From: an uncultured archaeon
GTDB lineage: Archaea; Iainarchaeota; Iainarchaeia; Iainarchaeales; VGJJ01
Direction of reading: 5' to 3'
Assembly (NCBI GenBank): GCA_964372665.1
Contig: CAYJRE010000003.1
Span: 1 to 57,702 of the forward strand
Length of the DNA: 57,702 nucleotides
A program made the translations under genes and the position numbers. Shown here in pieces: positions 1 to 7,441 of this stretch. Each line of letters opens with the position of its first letter. The first letter of the stretch is position 1. The notes under the pieces are model-generated. The model saw only the letters and a program-made list of their open reading frames with translations, did no database searches and was not told the origin of the DNA.

Positions 1-1
1 C

Positions 2-682
2 TCACAAAAACGCTTCCGGCGCCTCTTCGGTCATCAAGCGCTCCAATTGTCTTGCAATAGAAGCGGAGCCGCGGGCTTTGATGGGCAAGCCGTGGCCGGG
101 AAGAATCATTTTTGGACTGGAAAACAAAATCTTTCGCGCGGAGGAAATGACTTGGGGTTTGTTTCCAGAAACCAAATCCCATCTTCCTAATCCGGTCGAA
201 AACAACGCGTCCCCGCAGAACAACCATTTTTTGGTTTGCTCCATGAATGAAACACTGCCTTTCGTGTGGCCGGGAGTGAAGAGGACTTGGATAGATAGAT
301 TCCCCAAATCGAACACTTGCTTGTCCAGAAACGTACCCGTTATTTTAGGCCATCGCAAGGAAGGAAGATTCAGGCTTTGCGTGAGCGAAAAGACAGGGTC
401 GCGCGCAGTAATGTAAACGGCGTCTGCGGGGTGCATCCAAACTTCGGCCTTAGGAAACAAATAATCCAGCGCAATGTTGTCCGCGTGGCCGTGCGTGTGA
501 AGAATCAATCCCACATCCCTCGTGGACAACCCGATTGAAGACAATCCTTCTTTTAGTTGGCGTGCCGAAGGAGTCAACCCCGAATCAATCAACGCGACCT
601 TTTTCCCAACTAAGATATAGGAGTGAGACGCATTTTCCACCCCAAACGATGCGCAGACATTTTCCCCAATCTCTTCCCACAT
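2..682 (-). CDS. MBL-fold metallo-hydrolase
   Basis: ORF 2..763. Carries HTHGHADN (HxHxDH-type zinc motif), then TPGHTKGS and LPGHG. Start moved to ATG at 682 (MWEEIG...). Stop TGA at 2-4. Confidence 0.8.
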   Translation of the reverse strand: MWEEIGENVCASFGVENASHSYILVGKKVALIDSGLTPSARQLKEGLSSIGLSTRDVGLILHTHGHADNIALDYLFPKAEVWMHPADAVYITARDPVFSLTQSLNLPSLRWPKITGTFLDKQVFDLGNLSIQVLFTPGHTKGSVSFMEQTKKWLFCGDALFSTGLGRWDLVSGNKPQVISSARKILFSSPKMILPGHGLPIKARGSASIARQLERLMTEEAPEAFL

Positions 683-798
683 ACAGCAACCGGCACTATC
701 AGGACTCGTATAAATAAAAAGCATGGAGTTTGAACAAAAAAAGAGGAACCATTGCCAACGCAACCTAAATATAGGAAAAAGACATATGCCTTACTCCC

Positions 799-1794
799 AT
801 GAATCCAAACCCAAGTTTTGACACGCAAAACGCGCTCCAACTGCTGGCAGCGAACAGCGGCCTCCCCAAAGAAGAAATCATCCAAAAAATGAACGAAAAA
901 ATACAAAAATACTCGGGATTGCTGACCGAACAAGGGGCCTTGGTGCTGCTCAGCAAGGAACTCAACGTGAAAATCCCCCTGTTCGAAAAACCGAAAACGC
1001 AATTAAAATTGGGGGAATTGAAACCCGGAATGAGCAACATTGATGTAAAAACCCGCGTCAAAATCATGGATAAAGTAAAGCCTTTTTCCAAAAATGGAAA
1101 AGAAGGAAAGTATCTCTCCATTCGCTTACAGGATGAAACAGGAGAAGCCCTATTCACGTTCTGGAACGAACAAGCCGAGGAAGCCATCCGAAAAGGGTTG
1201 CGAGTGGGCAGCACGCTAGTAATGCAAAACGCTCGCGTGGGAAACTTCGGACAAATGGTTCAATTATCGCTCGGCTATAACGGAAACTACGCCATTGAAA
1301 ACGAAAACAATCCGACCAATAACACGGAAAACACCGTGTTGATGCAGACGACGATCTCAAAAAAAAGATTCGCCGAACTCAACGAAAACGAGATCGTTCA
1401 AACACGCGCCCACATCATTGATGTGCTGCCGGGAAAAGGATTCTTCGTCAAATGCAACGCGTGCGGAAGCAAACTCCAATACGCCGACACGATTTGCATG
1501 AATTGTGGAAAAGAAGGAAACGTGGAAACACGGCTGTTGGTTTCATTATTATTGGATGATGGCACCAAACCCCTGCGCGCGGTAGCGTTTGAAAACGAAG
1601 CCATGCAACTGTATGAAAAAAACAAAGAAGAAATATTGAGCGCATTCGAAAACGAGGAAAGCAAACGCGCATTGAATGAAACCATTCTCGGAAAAATAGC
1701 GGACATCACCGGAAAATCCAAAATGGGAATGGACAAAACAAGCGTGGAAATAATCCTGCAACGCGTTTCGGTTATACCATTTGAAAACGCGTGA
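799..1794 (+). CDS. Replication protein A-like ssDNA-binding protein (OB folds plus zinc ribbon)
   Basis: ATG start. First OB-fold-like stretch is IDVKTRVKIM...YLSIRLQDETGEALFTFWNEQAEEA...VMQNARV. A second OB fold is interrupted by CNACGSKLQYADTICMNCG (CxxC-x12-CxxC), typical of archaeal RPA/RFA. Confidence 0.7.
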   Translation: MNPNPSFDTQNALQLLAANSGLPKEEIIQKMNEKIQKYSGLLTEQGALVLLSKELNVKIPLFEKPKTQLKLGELKPGMSNIDVKTRVKIMDKVKPFSKNGKEGKYLSIRLQDETGEALFTFWNEQAEEAIRKGLRVGSTLVMQNARVGNFGQMVQLSLGYNGNYAIENENNPTNNTENTVLMQTTISKKRFAELNENEIVQTRAHIIDVLPGKGFFVKCNACGSKLQYADTICMNCGKEGNVETRLLVSLLLDDGTKPLRAVAFENEAMQLYEKNKEEILSAFENEESKRALNETILGKIADITGKSKMGMDKTSVEIILQRVSVIPFENA

Positions 1795-1836
1795 AAAGTG
1801 ATTATTTAGATCTGCGAAATTGGGCCGCACCCAATA

Positions 1837-2532
1837 TTATTTTTTTTCCGATAGTTTTCTCGATAGCGCTGCACCAATATACACCCCACCCAGAAGGCCA
1901 CAAAACGCACCAATAACAAACAACGCCCTCGCCCTCGGAACTTTTGTTCGAATTTCAGGGTTTTCTTCCATCTCTTTAGCAACAATGCGATTTAGGTTTT
2001 GAATGGTTTCAATGGGCAATTCGTTTTGGATAATGGCTATTTTCTCTTCAGGAGAATAGGCGCCCTTTATCCTTTCTAAAACAGCTTTTGGGATTTCATT
2101 TTGAATCGCTTTATGGGTTGCATCACTCATTTCGTGTATGAGCAAATTGGCATTTTTCACTTGGGCCTTTTCCTGTGCCGTCATCCCTTTCATGCTTCCT
2201 ACGCCCGCTATTCCGGCCATCAAACTGATGGCAATCGCACGACCTGAACGCTTCCACGCCTCACGCGTAATAGTTGGAAATCCCCGAACCAAACGCCCCG
2301 TACCTCGAACCGCGGCACTCCGGGAACTTTTCCACCCGGCAGCCGTTACCCTGCCAACCGCTGAACCTGCCCGGCGAAAACGACCCACACCTGCTTGTGA
2401 ACCCGCTGCACCCCCACGACTTGAAACCCTAAATACCCTTGCCATTCCATCACCGGCAGGAAGGCCCCCCCAGAATATAAACGTTGCCACCCCCTCCGAG
2501 AAGGAGTGCTCTTCCAGTATCAGGGGGCGCAA
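1837..2532 (-). CDS. Hypothetical protein with Arg/Gly-rich N-half and a C-terminal TM segment
   Basis: 231-aa ORF. The C-terminal half (MTAQEKAQVKNANLLIHEM...FVIGAFCGLLGGVYIGAAL) looks protein-like and has a terminal hydrophobic helix. The N-half is low complexity (GRxxR repeats), so the true start may be internal. Confidence 0.35.
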   Translation of the reverse strand: MRPLILEEHSFSEGVATFIFWGGLPAGDGMARVFRVSSRGGAAGSQAGVGRFRRAGSAVGRVTAAGWKSSRSAAVRGTGRLVRGFPTITREAWKRSGRAIAISLMAGIAGVGSMKGMTAQEKAQVKNANLLIHEMSDATHKAIQNEIPKAVLERIKGAYSPEEKIAIIQNELPIETIQNLNRIVAKEMEENPEIRTKVPRARALFVIGAFCGLLGGVYIGAALSRKLSEKK

Positions 2533-2588
2533 ACAAAGGTTTAAATTCTATGAGCATCTTAATACACATAGAATTGATTCTATGGTGA

Positions 2589-3866
2589 TTGAAAGTGCCA
2601 GAGATTAAACAACTGCTGATGGATTTCAACCCGTGGTGGAAAAAACCCTATTCGACGGAATATGTGCAGAGACCCATCTATGCGGCTCTTCAACCATTTT
2701 TGTCATTGCCCCAAATAGTGGCCCTTACCGGCCTTCGTCGCGTAGGAAAAACAACACTGATGCAAAAAATCATCATGGACTCCATCCAGAGGGGGGTGGA
2801 CCCTTTGCACATTGTTTATTTTTCATTTGATGAATTTAAAACGAGCGAAATCCGCAGTATTCTAAGCGAAATGGAAACACTCAACCAAAAGGAACTTTCG
2901 GCGGGAAAATGGGTGGTGTTGCTTGATGAAATCCAAAAGGTAGAACGGTGGGATGAACAGCTCAAGATACTGTATGACACCTTCGGAAAAAACGTCAAAT
3001 TCATTATCGCGGGTTCTGAATCTCTTTTCATCCGAATCAAATCCAAGCAAACACTTGCAGGAAGGATATTCGAATTCACTATCGAACCGCTCACGTTCAG
3101 CGAATATTTATCGTTCAAACACGTTTCTCTGAAACCCATCGGCCTGTATGAGAGAGAATTACAATTTCATTTTGAAGAATTTATCAAAAGCCAAGGATTT
3201 CCGGAGATGGTGGGGGTGAGCGAAAAGGAGGTTATCCAAAAATATATCAAAGAAGGAATTATGGACAAAATAATTTACCAAGACATCCCGACGCTATTCG
3301 GGATCGCAAACGCACAAAACATGGAGCCGCTATTGCACATTCTCATGGACGAACCCGGACAAATCACCGACCTTTCAAAAATGGCTGGTGAACTCGACAT
3401 GAACCGGCGCACGCTATCGCGCTACATGAAATACTTAGAAGAAGCATTTCTCGTTCAAAAACTATACAACTTTTCAACGAACGCACGAAAAACACAGCGC
3501 AAGCTGAAAAAATATTACCCAAGCATCATTTCCCCCGAATTAACATTCAACAAAGATAGCACGGCAAAATCCAGTGCATTCGAATGGATTCTCGTGCGCG
3601 AACTTAGAGCCGAATTCTTCTGGAGAGACCCATCCAAGAATGAAGTGGATATCATCCAAAAACCAAAAAATCCAATCGAAATAAAATACGGAAAAGTGGA
3701 AACCAGCGGGATGGTTGCATTCATGCGAAAGTTTGGCGTTTCAGAAGGAATAATCCTACACCCAACCCGCGAAGAAAAAATTAAACACTCAACCAAAACC
3801 ATTCATGTTATTCCGGCATACAAATACCTGCTGCAAAAAGAAACCGCCCCAACCAAAAAAAAATAG
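2589..3866 (+). CDS. AAA+ ATPase (archaeal ATPase / DUF4143-type)
   Basis: Walker A LTGLRRVGKTTL, Walker B VVLLDEIQ, and an NPWW N-terminal motif common in this family. The first codon in the ORF track is TTG; the first ATG is at 2619. Confidence 0.8.
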   Translation: MKVPEIKQLLMDFNPWWKKPYSTEYVQRPIYAALQPFLSLPQIVALTGLRRVGKTTLMQKIIMDSIQRGVDPLHIVYFSFDEFKTSEIRSILSEMETLNQKELSAGKWVVLLDEIQKVERWDEQLKILYDTFGKNVKFIIAGSESLFIRIKSKQTLAGRIFEFTIEPLTFSEYLSFKHVSLKPIGLYERELQFHFEEFIKSQGFPEMVGVSEKEVIQKYIKEGIMDKIIYQDIPTLFGIANAQNMEPLLHILMDEPGQITDLSKMAGELDMNRRTLSRYMKYLEEAFLVQKLYNFSTNARKTQRKLKKYYPSIISPELTFNKDSTAKSSAFEWILVRELRAEFFWRDPSKNEVDIIQKPKNPIEIKYGKVETSGMVAFMRKFGVSEGIILHPTREEKIKHSTKTIHVIPAYKYLLQKETAPTKKK

Positions 3867-3891
3867 CCCGAAAGAAAGGGGCAAAATAAGC

Positions 3892-3942
3892 ATCGAACTC
3901 ATCATCCAACGCGTGGCGATTGTGCCATTTGAAAATGCTTAA
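3892..3942 (+). pseudogene. Orphan duplicate of the RPA gene 3' end (16 codons plus stop)
   Basis: Translates to IELIIQRVAIVPFENA-stop. The real RPA C-terminus at 1744..1794 is VEIILQRVSVIPFENA-stop. 10 of 16 residues are identical and the rest are conservative. Similarity starts around 3880 and continues a few nt past the stop. Confidence 0.6.
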
Positions 3943-3994
3943 AAAAGTCAGCTTCGCGAGACAGATATTTATATTCGTAGTGTTTGGGAAGATT

Positions 3995-4849
3995 ATGTCT
4001 TTTGTTAATACTCTACCCTATATCAGCAATCCGATTGAAGAATTCAAGGATTTTAGGTTTGTTGGCTGGGAAAAAGACATTTATCCAGCGTTTAAAGGGG
4101 GGACTAAAAAAAGCGAAATATCCTTTTTCACCAAACTTATTACCCAACGAAAATTACAAAGCATACTTGATTTTGGAGTAGGAGGAGGAACCGAATTGAG
4201 CGGAATGGTAGAAAAACTCCAACGACAAAACTATCCACTCATCAGCGCGGAAGCCAACGAAGTGGATGAAAACTTCATCAAACAAGCGAGTTCCCTTTTT
4301 TCTTCCAAAAACCAAACAATCACCATCCATCGGGCGAACTGGCTGGATTTACCCAACGCTAAACCCCCCTATACCCACGTGTTTGATTTTGGATTCCTCA
4401 CCGGAAACTCACTCACGTATATTGGCGGGGGGACGCGCGGATATACAAAAAAAGCCCAACAAAGTGTGGTGAGCAAATTTGCACAACTCATTCGAAAAAA
4501 TGGGTATTTGTTCATCGACTCGCGAAACTACGACTACATCAAAAGTCTCATGAATTTACCCAAAAACAAAATATTCGAACATTTCAGCTTCGATTATTCC
4601 GTATATTACCATGGATTCCAGAAAAAAATAGTCGTTTTTCCCGCTTATATCAGTGAAACGGTGGTGGTATTACATTATTATGACAAAGAGCGAAAGATTT
4701 GGAGCAAACTGGATTTATACCCCATTTACCAAAAGGATATGATAGAAATATTGAGCAAAGACTTCAAAATAGAGAAAATATTCCACGATTTTAACGAAAG
4801 AAAAAAGAAAAAGAGCCTGTTTGTGCAATATTTGGCACGGAGAAAGTAA
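3995..4849 (+). CDS. Class I SAM-dependent methyltransferase
   Basis: Motif I ILDFGVGGGTE, then an acidic residue and a post-I region; length fits a Rossmann methyltransferase. Start moved to ATG 3995, because the ORF track start at 3920 lies inside the RPA remnant. Confidence 0.75.
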   Translation: MSFVNTLPYISNPIEEFKDFRFVGWEKDIYPAFKGGTKKSEISFFTKLITQRKLQSILDFGVGGGTELSGMVEKLQRQNYPLISAEANEVDENFIKQASSLFSSKNQTITIHRANWLDLPNAKPPYTHVFDFGFLTGNSLTYIGGGTRGYTKKAQQSVVSKFAQLIRKNGYLFIDSRNYDYIKSLMNLPKNKIFEHFSFDYSVYYHGFQKKIVVFPAYISETVVVLHYYDKERKIWSKLDLYPIYQKDMIEILSKDFKIEKIFHDFNERKKKKSLFVQYLARRK

Positions 4850-5224
4850 CTATTTCACGTATTTCACGTGCGGGAGCTTTTCGAAGGATTTGTCTCCGGT
4901 GACGAATGTTCCGTGATTCGCTTTTGCATGAATATAACCAACGGCATCCGGAAAAGAAAGGTTAAGAGATTTGTTTTCGGAGCGAAACTTAACGGCCTCA
5001 ATCAATAAGGGCAAGGGAGTGGATTCAGAAAAAGACCGAATTCGCCCCAACCAGTTTTCCGCTTCCTGATCCCGCCCCTCGCGAAGCAACACCCAATAAA
5101 ACTCGCTCAAAATAATGTCGCAAACCCTAAAATCGAAACGAAAGACGAACGCATACCTTGGATTATCACGGCCAATCTCAAAAAGAGCATACGTGTCCAA
5201 GTAATTCAAGATCAGAGCCCCCAC
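4850..5224 (-). CDS. vapC: PIN-domain ribonuclease toxin (VapC-like)
   Basis: N-terminal LDTYAL (PIN acidic Asp) and C-terminal TGDKSF motif. 13-nt overlap with the upstream antitoxin gene. GTG start. Confidence 0.7.
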   Translation of the reverse strand: MGALILNYLDTYALFEIGRDNPRYAFVFRFDFRVCDIILSEFYWVLLREGRDQEAENWLGRIRSFSESTPLPLLIEAVKFRSENKSLNLSFPDAVGYIHAKANHGTFVTGDKSFEKLPHVKYVK

Positions 5225-5442
5225 TTCGAAAAACCTTCTCGGGCCTCCTTGAGCAGCTGCTTGGTAGGCTTGTTAAGCTTAAGCGAACCTGCCAGCTCCT
5301 GCAAAGGATTCACTTTTTTTTCTACTATGATCAGAAGCTTTTGGTTTTCATGAATATCCAAACGGTCAGCATCTTTCTTCGAAACGAGAAATCCAAATGA
5401 GTTACCCCATTTCTTGACTTTGACTTCCAAATCAGCACCCAT
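5212..5442 (-). CDS. vapB: AbrB/SpoVT-type antitoxin (VapB-like)
   Basis: 76 aa. KVKKWGNSFGFLVSKKDADRLD matches the swapped-hairpin (AbrB/MazE) signature. Lies immediately upstream of the PIN gene and overlaps it. Confidence 0.7.
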   Translation of the reverse strand: MGADLEVKVKKWGNSFGFLVSKKDADRLDIHENQKLLIIVEKKVNPLQELAGSLKLNKPTKQLLKEAREGFSKWGL

Positions 5443-5562
5443 ACATACGTTTAAACAAGGTGTTTAATAACCTTTTCGAGCCAAACCGCCGAAAAAACAA
5501 AGGAAATTGGCATACGTTGCACAACTCTTCCCTTTAAATTGGTCCAAGGCTACTTAGGAATC

Positions 5563-5877
5563 ATGTCACTCAAACAAACCCAAAAAGATGTAGATGAGTG
5601 GGCGCAGCGGTTCAAAGCCCCTTACTGGCAGCCTTTGGAAATCATGGCGCGCTTGACGGAGGAAACGGGAGAACTCGCACGCGAAATTAATCATCGTTGG
5701 GGACCCAAGAAGAAAAAGTCAACGGAAGAGAAGAAAGAATTGGAAGACGAAATGGGGGACATCATTTTCACGCTCTGCTGCCTGGCCAACTCGCAAAAGA
5801 TTGATTTGGATGAGGCGTGGAAGCGCGTGATGGACAAGTGTTATGGACGAGACAAAGACAGATACGAAAAAAAATAA
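5563..5877 (+). CDS. MazG-type nucleotide pyrophosphohydrolase (small all-alpha NTP-PPase)
   Basis: LTEETGELAREI...ELEDEMGDIIFTLCCLAN (EExxE...ExxD metal motifs). ATG at 5563 inside ORF 5539..5877. Confidence 0.8.
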   Translation: MSLKQTQKDVDEWAQRFKAPYWQPLEIMARLTEETGELAREINHRWGPKKKKSTEEKKELEDEMGDIIFTLCCLANSQKIDLDEAWKRVMDKCYGRDKDRYEKK

Positions 5878-6270
5878 TCAGTTTTTCTTCTCACTCAAAA
5901 AAAGTTGAATCCGTGCGTGCGCATCCGCGATGTCCGAATAATATTCCACCTTACACGCAGGGTTCCCCGTTATCATCGCTGAAACCACGATTCCATTCTT
6001 GGCCAGGCACAAAATGGGTTTGCAGAGTTTCACCGCGGTGGCGATCTCATAACCAACCCCGAGGCTCGGATTGGAGATCTCGGCGATGACCACATCCGCG
6101 GTTTCCAACAAGGCCATGTCTTTTTCAAAAATTTTTTTGTCCCGCGACACGTCTTTGGAGAAATCAAAGTTTTCGCTCAAAACCTCTCCAAAAATGGCGA
6201 GGGATTTCTGCAGTTCTTCTACAGGAACAGTGGAATCCCCACGAATGCTTCGAGCGAAATAGATTTTCAA
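5878..6270 (-). CDS. Nucleoside 2-deoxyribosyltransferase-like / DNPH1 (Rcl)-like N-hydrolase
   Basis: IYFARSIRG...ADVVIAEISNPSLGVGYEIATA matches the DNPH1/Rcl signature. TTG start overlaps the Pus10 stop (TTGA). Confidence 0.65.
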   Translation of the reverse strand: MKIYFARSIRGDSTVPVEELQKSLAIFGEVLSENFDFSKDVSRDKKIFEKDMALLETADVVIAEISNPSLGVGYEIATAVKLCKPILCLAKNGIVVSAMITGNPACKVEYYSDIADAHARIQLFLSEKKN

Positions 6271-7307
6271 ACTGAAAAACCTCCCGATTCCTCTTCCACG
6301 ATTTCGAGCACATCCAACTCTTTACACACGCACAACATATTTAGCCATTCCGAAAAAGAGGGCTTGCTCCTCCCTTCGTCTCCGGAAATGAATTCCTTGA
6401 TGTAACAGCCCGCGCTCGCGTGCAATTGGATTTCGAAAAGGGTTTCATCTATTTTTTGTATTTTTTCTAAAATAATCCAATGGGGCCTTTCCTTCATTGC
6501 TCTTCGCTTTTCCACCCGCAAGGGGGTTGTTTGCAGCACATCGACTTTTTCATTCACGTATTTTTTCAAATTTTCGAGACTTATCTTTTCTTTCGCTTCC
6601 ACGAGCGCACGGTACCGTTTGGTGTGGTATCTTTGAGTGATGCGCGTCACATCGCTGGGAAAACCAATCTGCAAATCCGAAACCTGGGCCTTTTTTTGTA
6701 AGGCGGAGTTGATTTCTTCTTGAATTTTTAGCACCTCTACATTTCTTTTTATTGGGTTCTCAAGCGTCAACGCAAATGGCCTTCCCTTTCCGAGCATGCG
6801 CACATCCGCGTCTTCTCTTCCTGCGCCATGAAACAATACTTCTCCACACGAAAAATGTTTTTGAAAAAAAGGAGTAATGAGTTCTTGCACGCTTTCTTTG
6901 GTACGAATTTTTTCCCCATGACAAACGGAGCAAATGGTATTATTTTTTTTCCCTGTCCCTTTGCATTCGAAACAAAAATGACGGGTTTGCGCGATCCCGC
7001 GTTGGAGTTTGGTGTAGCGCCCTGTAATGATGAGGGGTTGGATTTGGAGCACGAGCGTGTTTTCGACTTCATCCAAAATGATTTCTGCATCCGGGAATTC
7101 GAAGGCGAGCATTTTACCATTGAATAGAGGGGTGTTGGCGAGGCGAGCCCGGACCGCTTTCAAAAGCAGGGGCTTTCGGGTTTCGTCTTTGGCTCGAATA
7201 CCCACCGAATACGTATGCCACTCCCGAGAAGAAAGGGCCTCTTTCAGCGTCGCGAGCGGAATTTCAGGCAGAGAGGGGGTTAAAGGAAAGCGGAGAATGG
7301 TGACCAT
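6267..7307 (-). CDS. pus10: tRNA pseudouridine synthase Pus10
   Basis: CFECKGTGKKNNTICSVCHG zinc cluster, catalytic-Asp region GREDADVRMLGKGRPF, and YIKEFISGD near the C-terminus. Start set at ATG 7307, because 7376 is TTG. Confidence 0.75.
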   Translation of the reverse strand: MVTILRFPLTPSLPEIPLATLKEALSSREWHTYSVGIRAKDETRKPLLLKAVRARLANTPLFNGKMLAFEFPDAEIILDEVENTLVLQIQPLIITGRYTKLQRGIAQTRHFCFECKGTGKKNNTICSVCHGEKIRTKESVQELITPFFQKHFSCGEVLFHGAGREDADVRMLGKGRPFALTLENPIKRNVEVLKIQEEINSALQKKAQVSDLQIGFPSDVTRITQRYHTKRYRALVEAKEKISLENLKKYVNEKVDVLQTTPLRVEKRRAMKERPHWIILEKIQKIDETLFEIQLHASAGCYIKEFISGDEGRSKPSFSEWLNMLCVCKELDVLEIVEEESGGFSV

Positions 7308-7441
7308 GACTACGGAACTATGGCTTCCAAAGCTTTTTAAGTCGGCCAACCGTATCCTATGCGTTCTCCGGTGCAAGGGGAGGGACCCTCACAAAGTCGC
7401 CGCCTCAAACGTGCCGTATACGAGGACAGGAACGTGAAAAT

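Noticed and set aside
2138-2608. + strand ORF of 156 aa, Pro/Arg/Ala-rich.
   Set aside because: It is the mirror frame of the Arg/Gly-rich N-half of 1837..2532. Neither frame is convincing there. I kept only the - strand call, at low confidence, because its C-half looks like a real protein.
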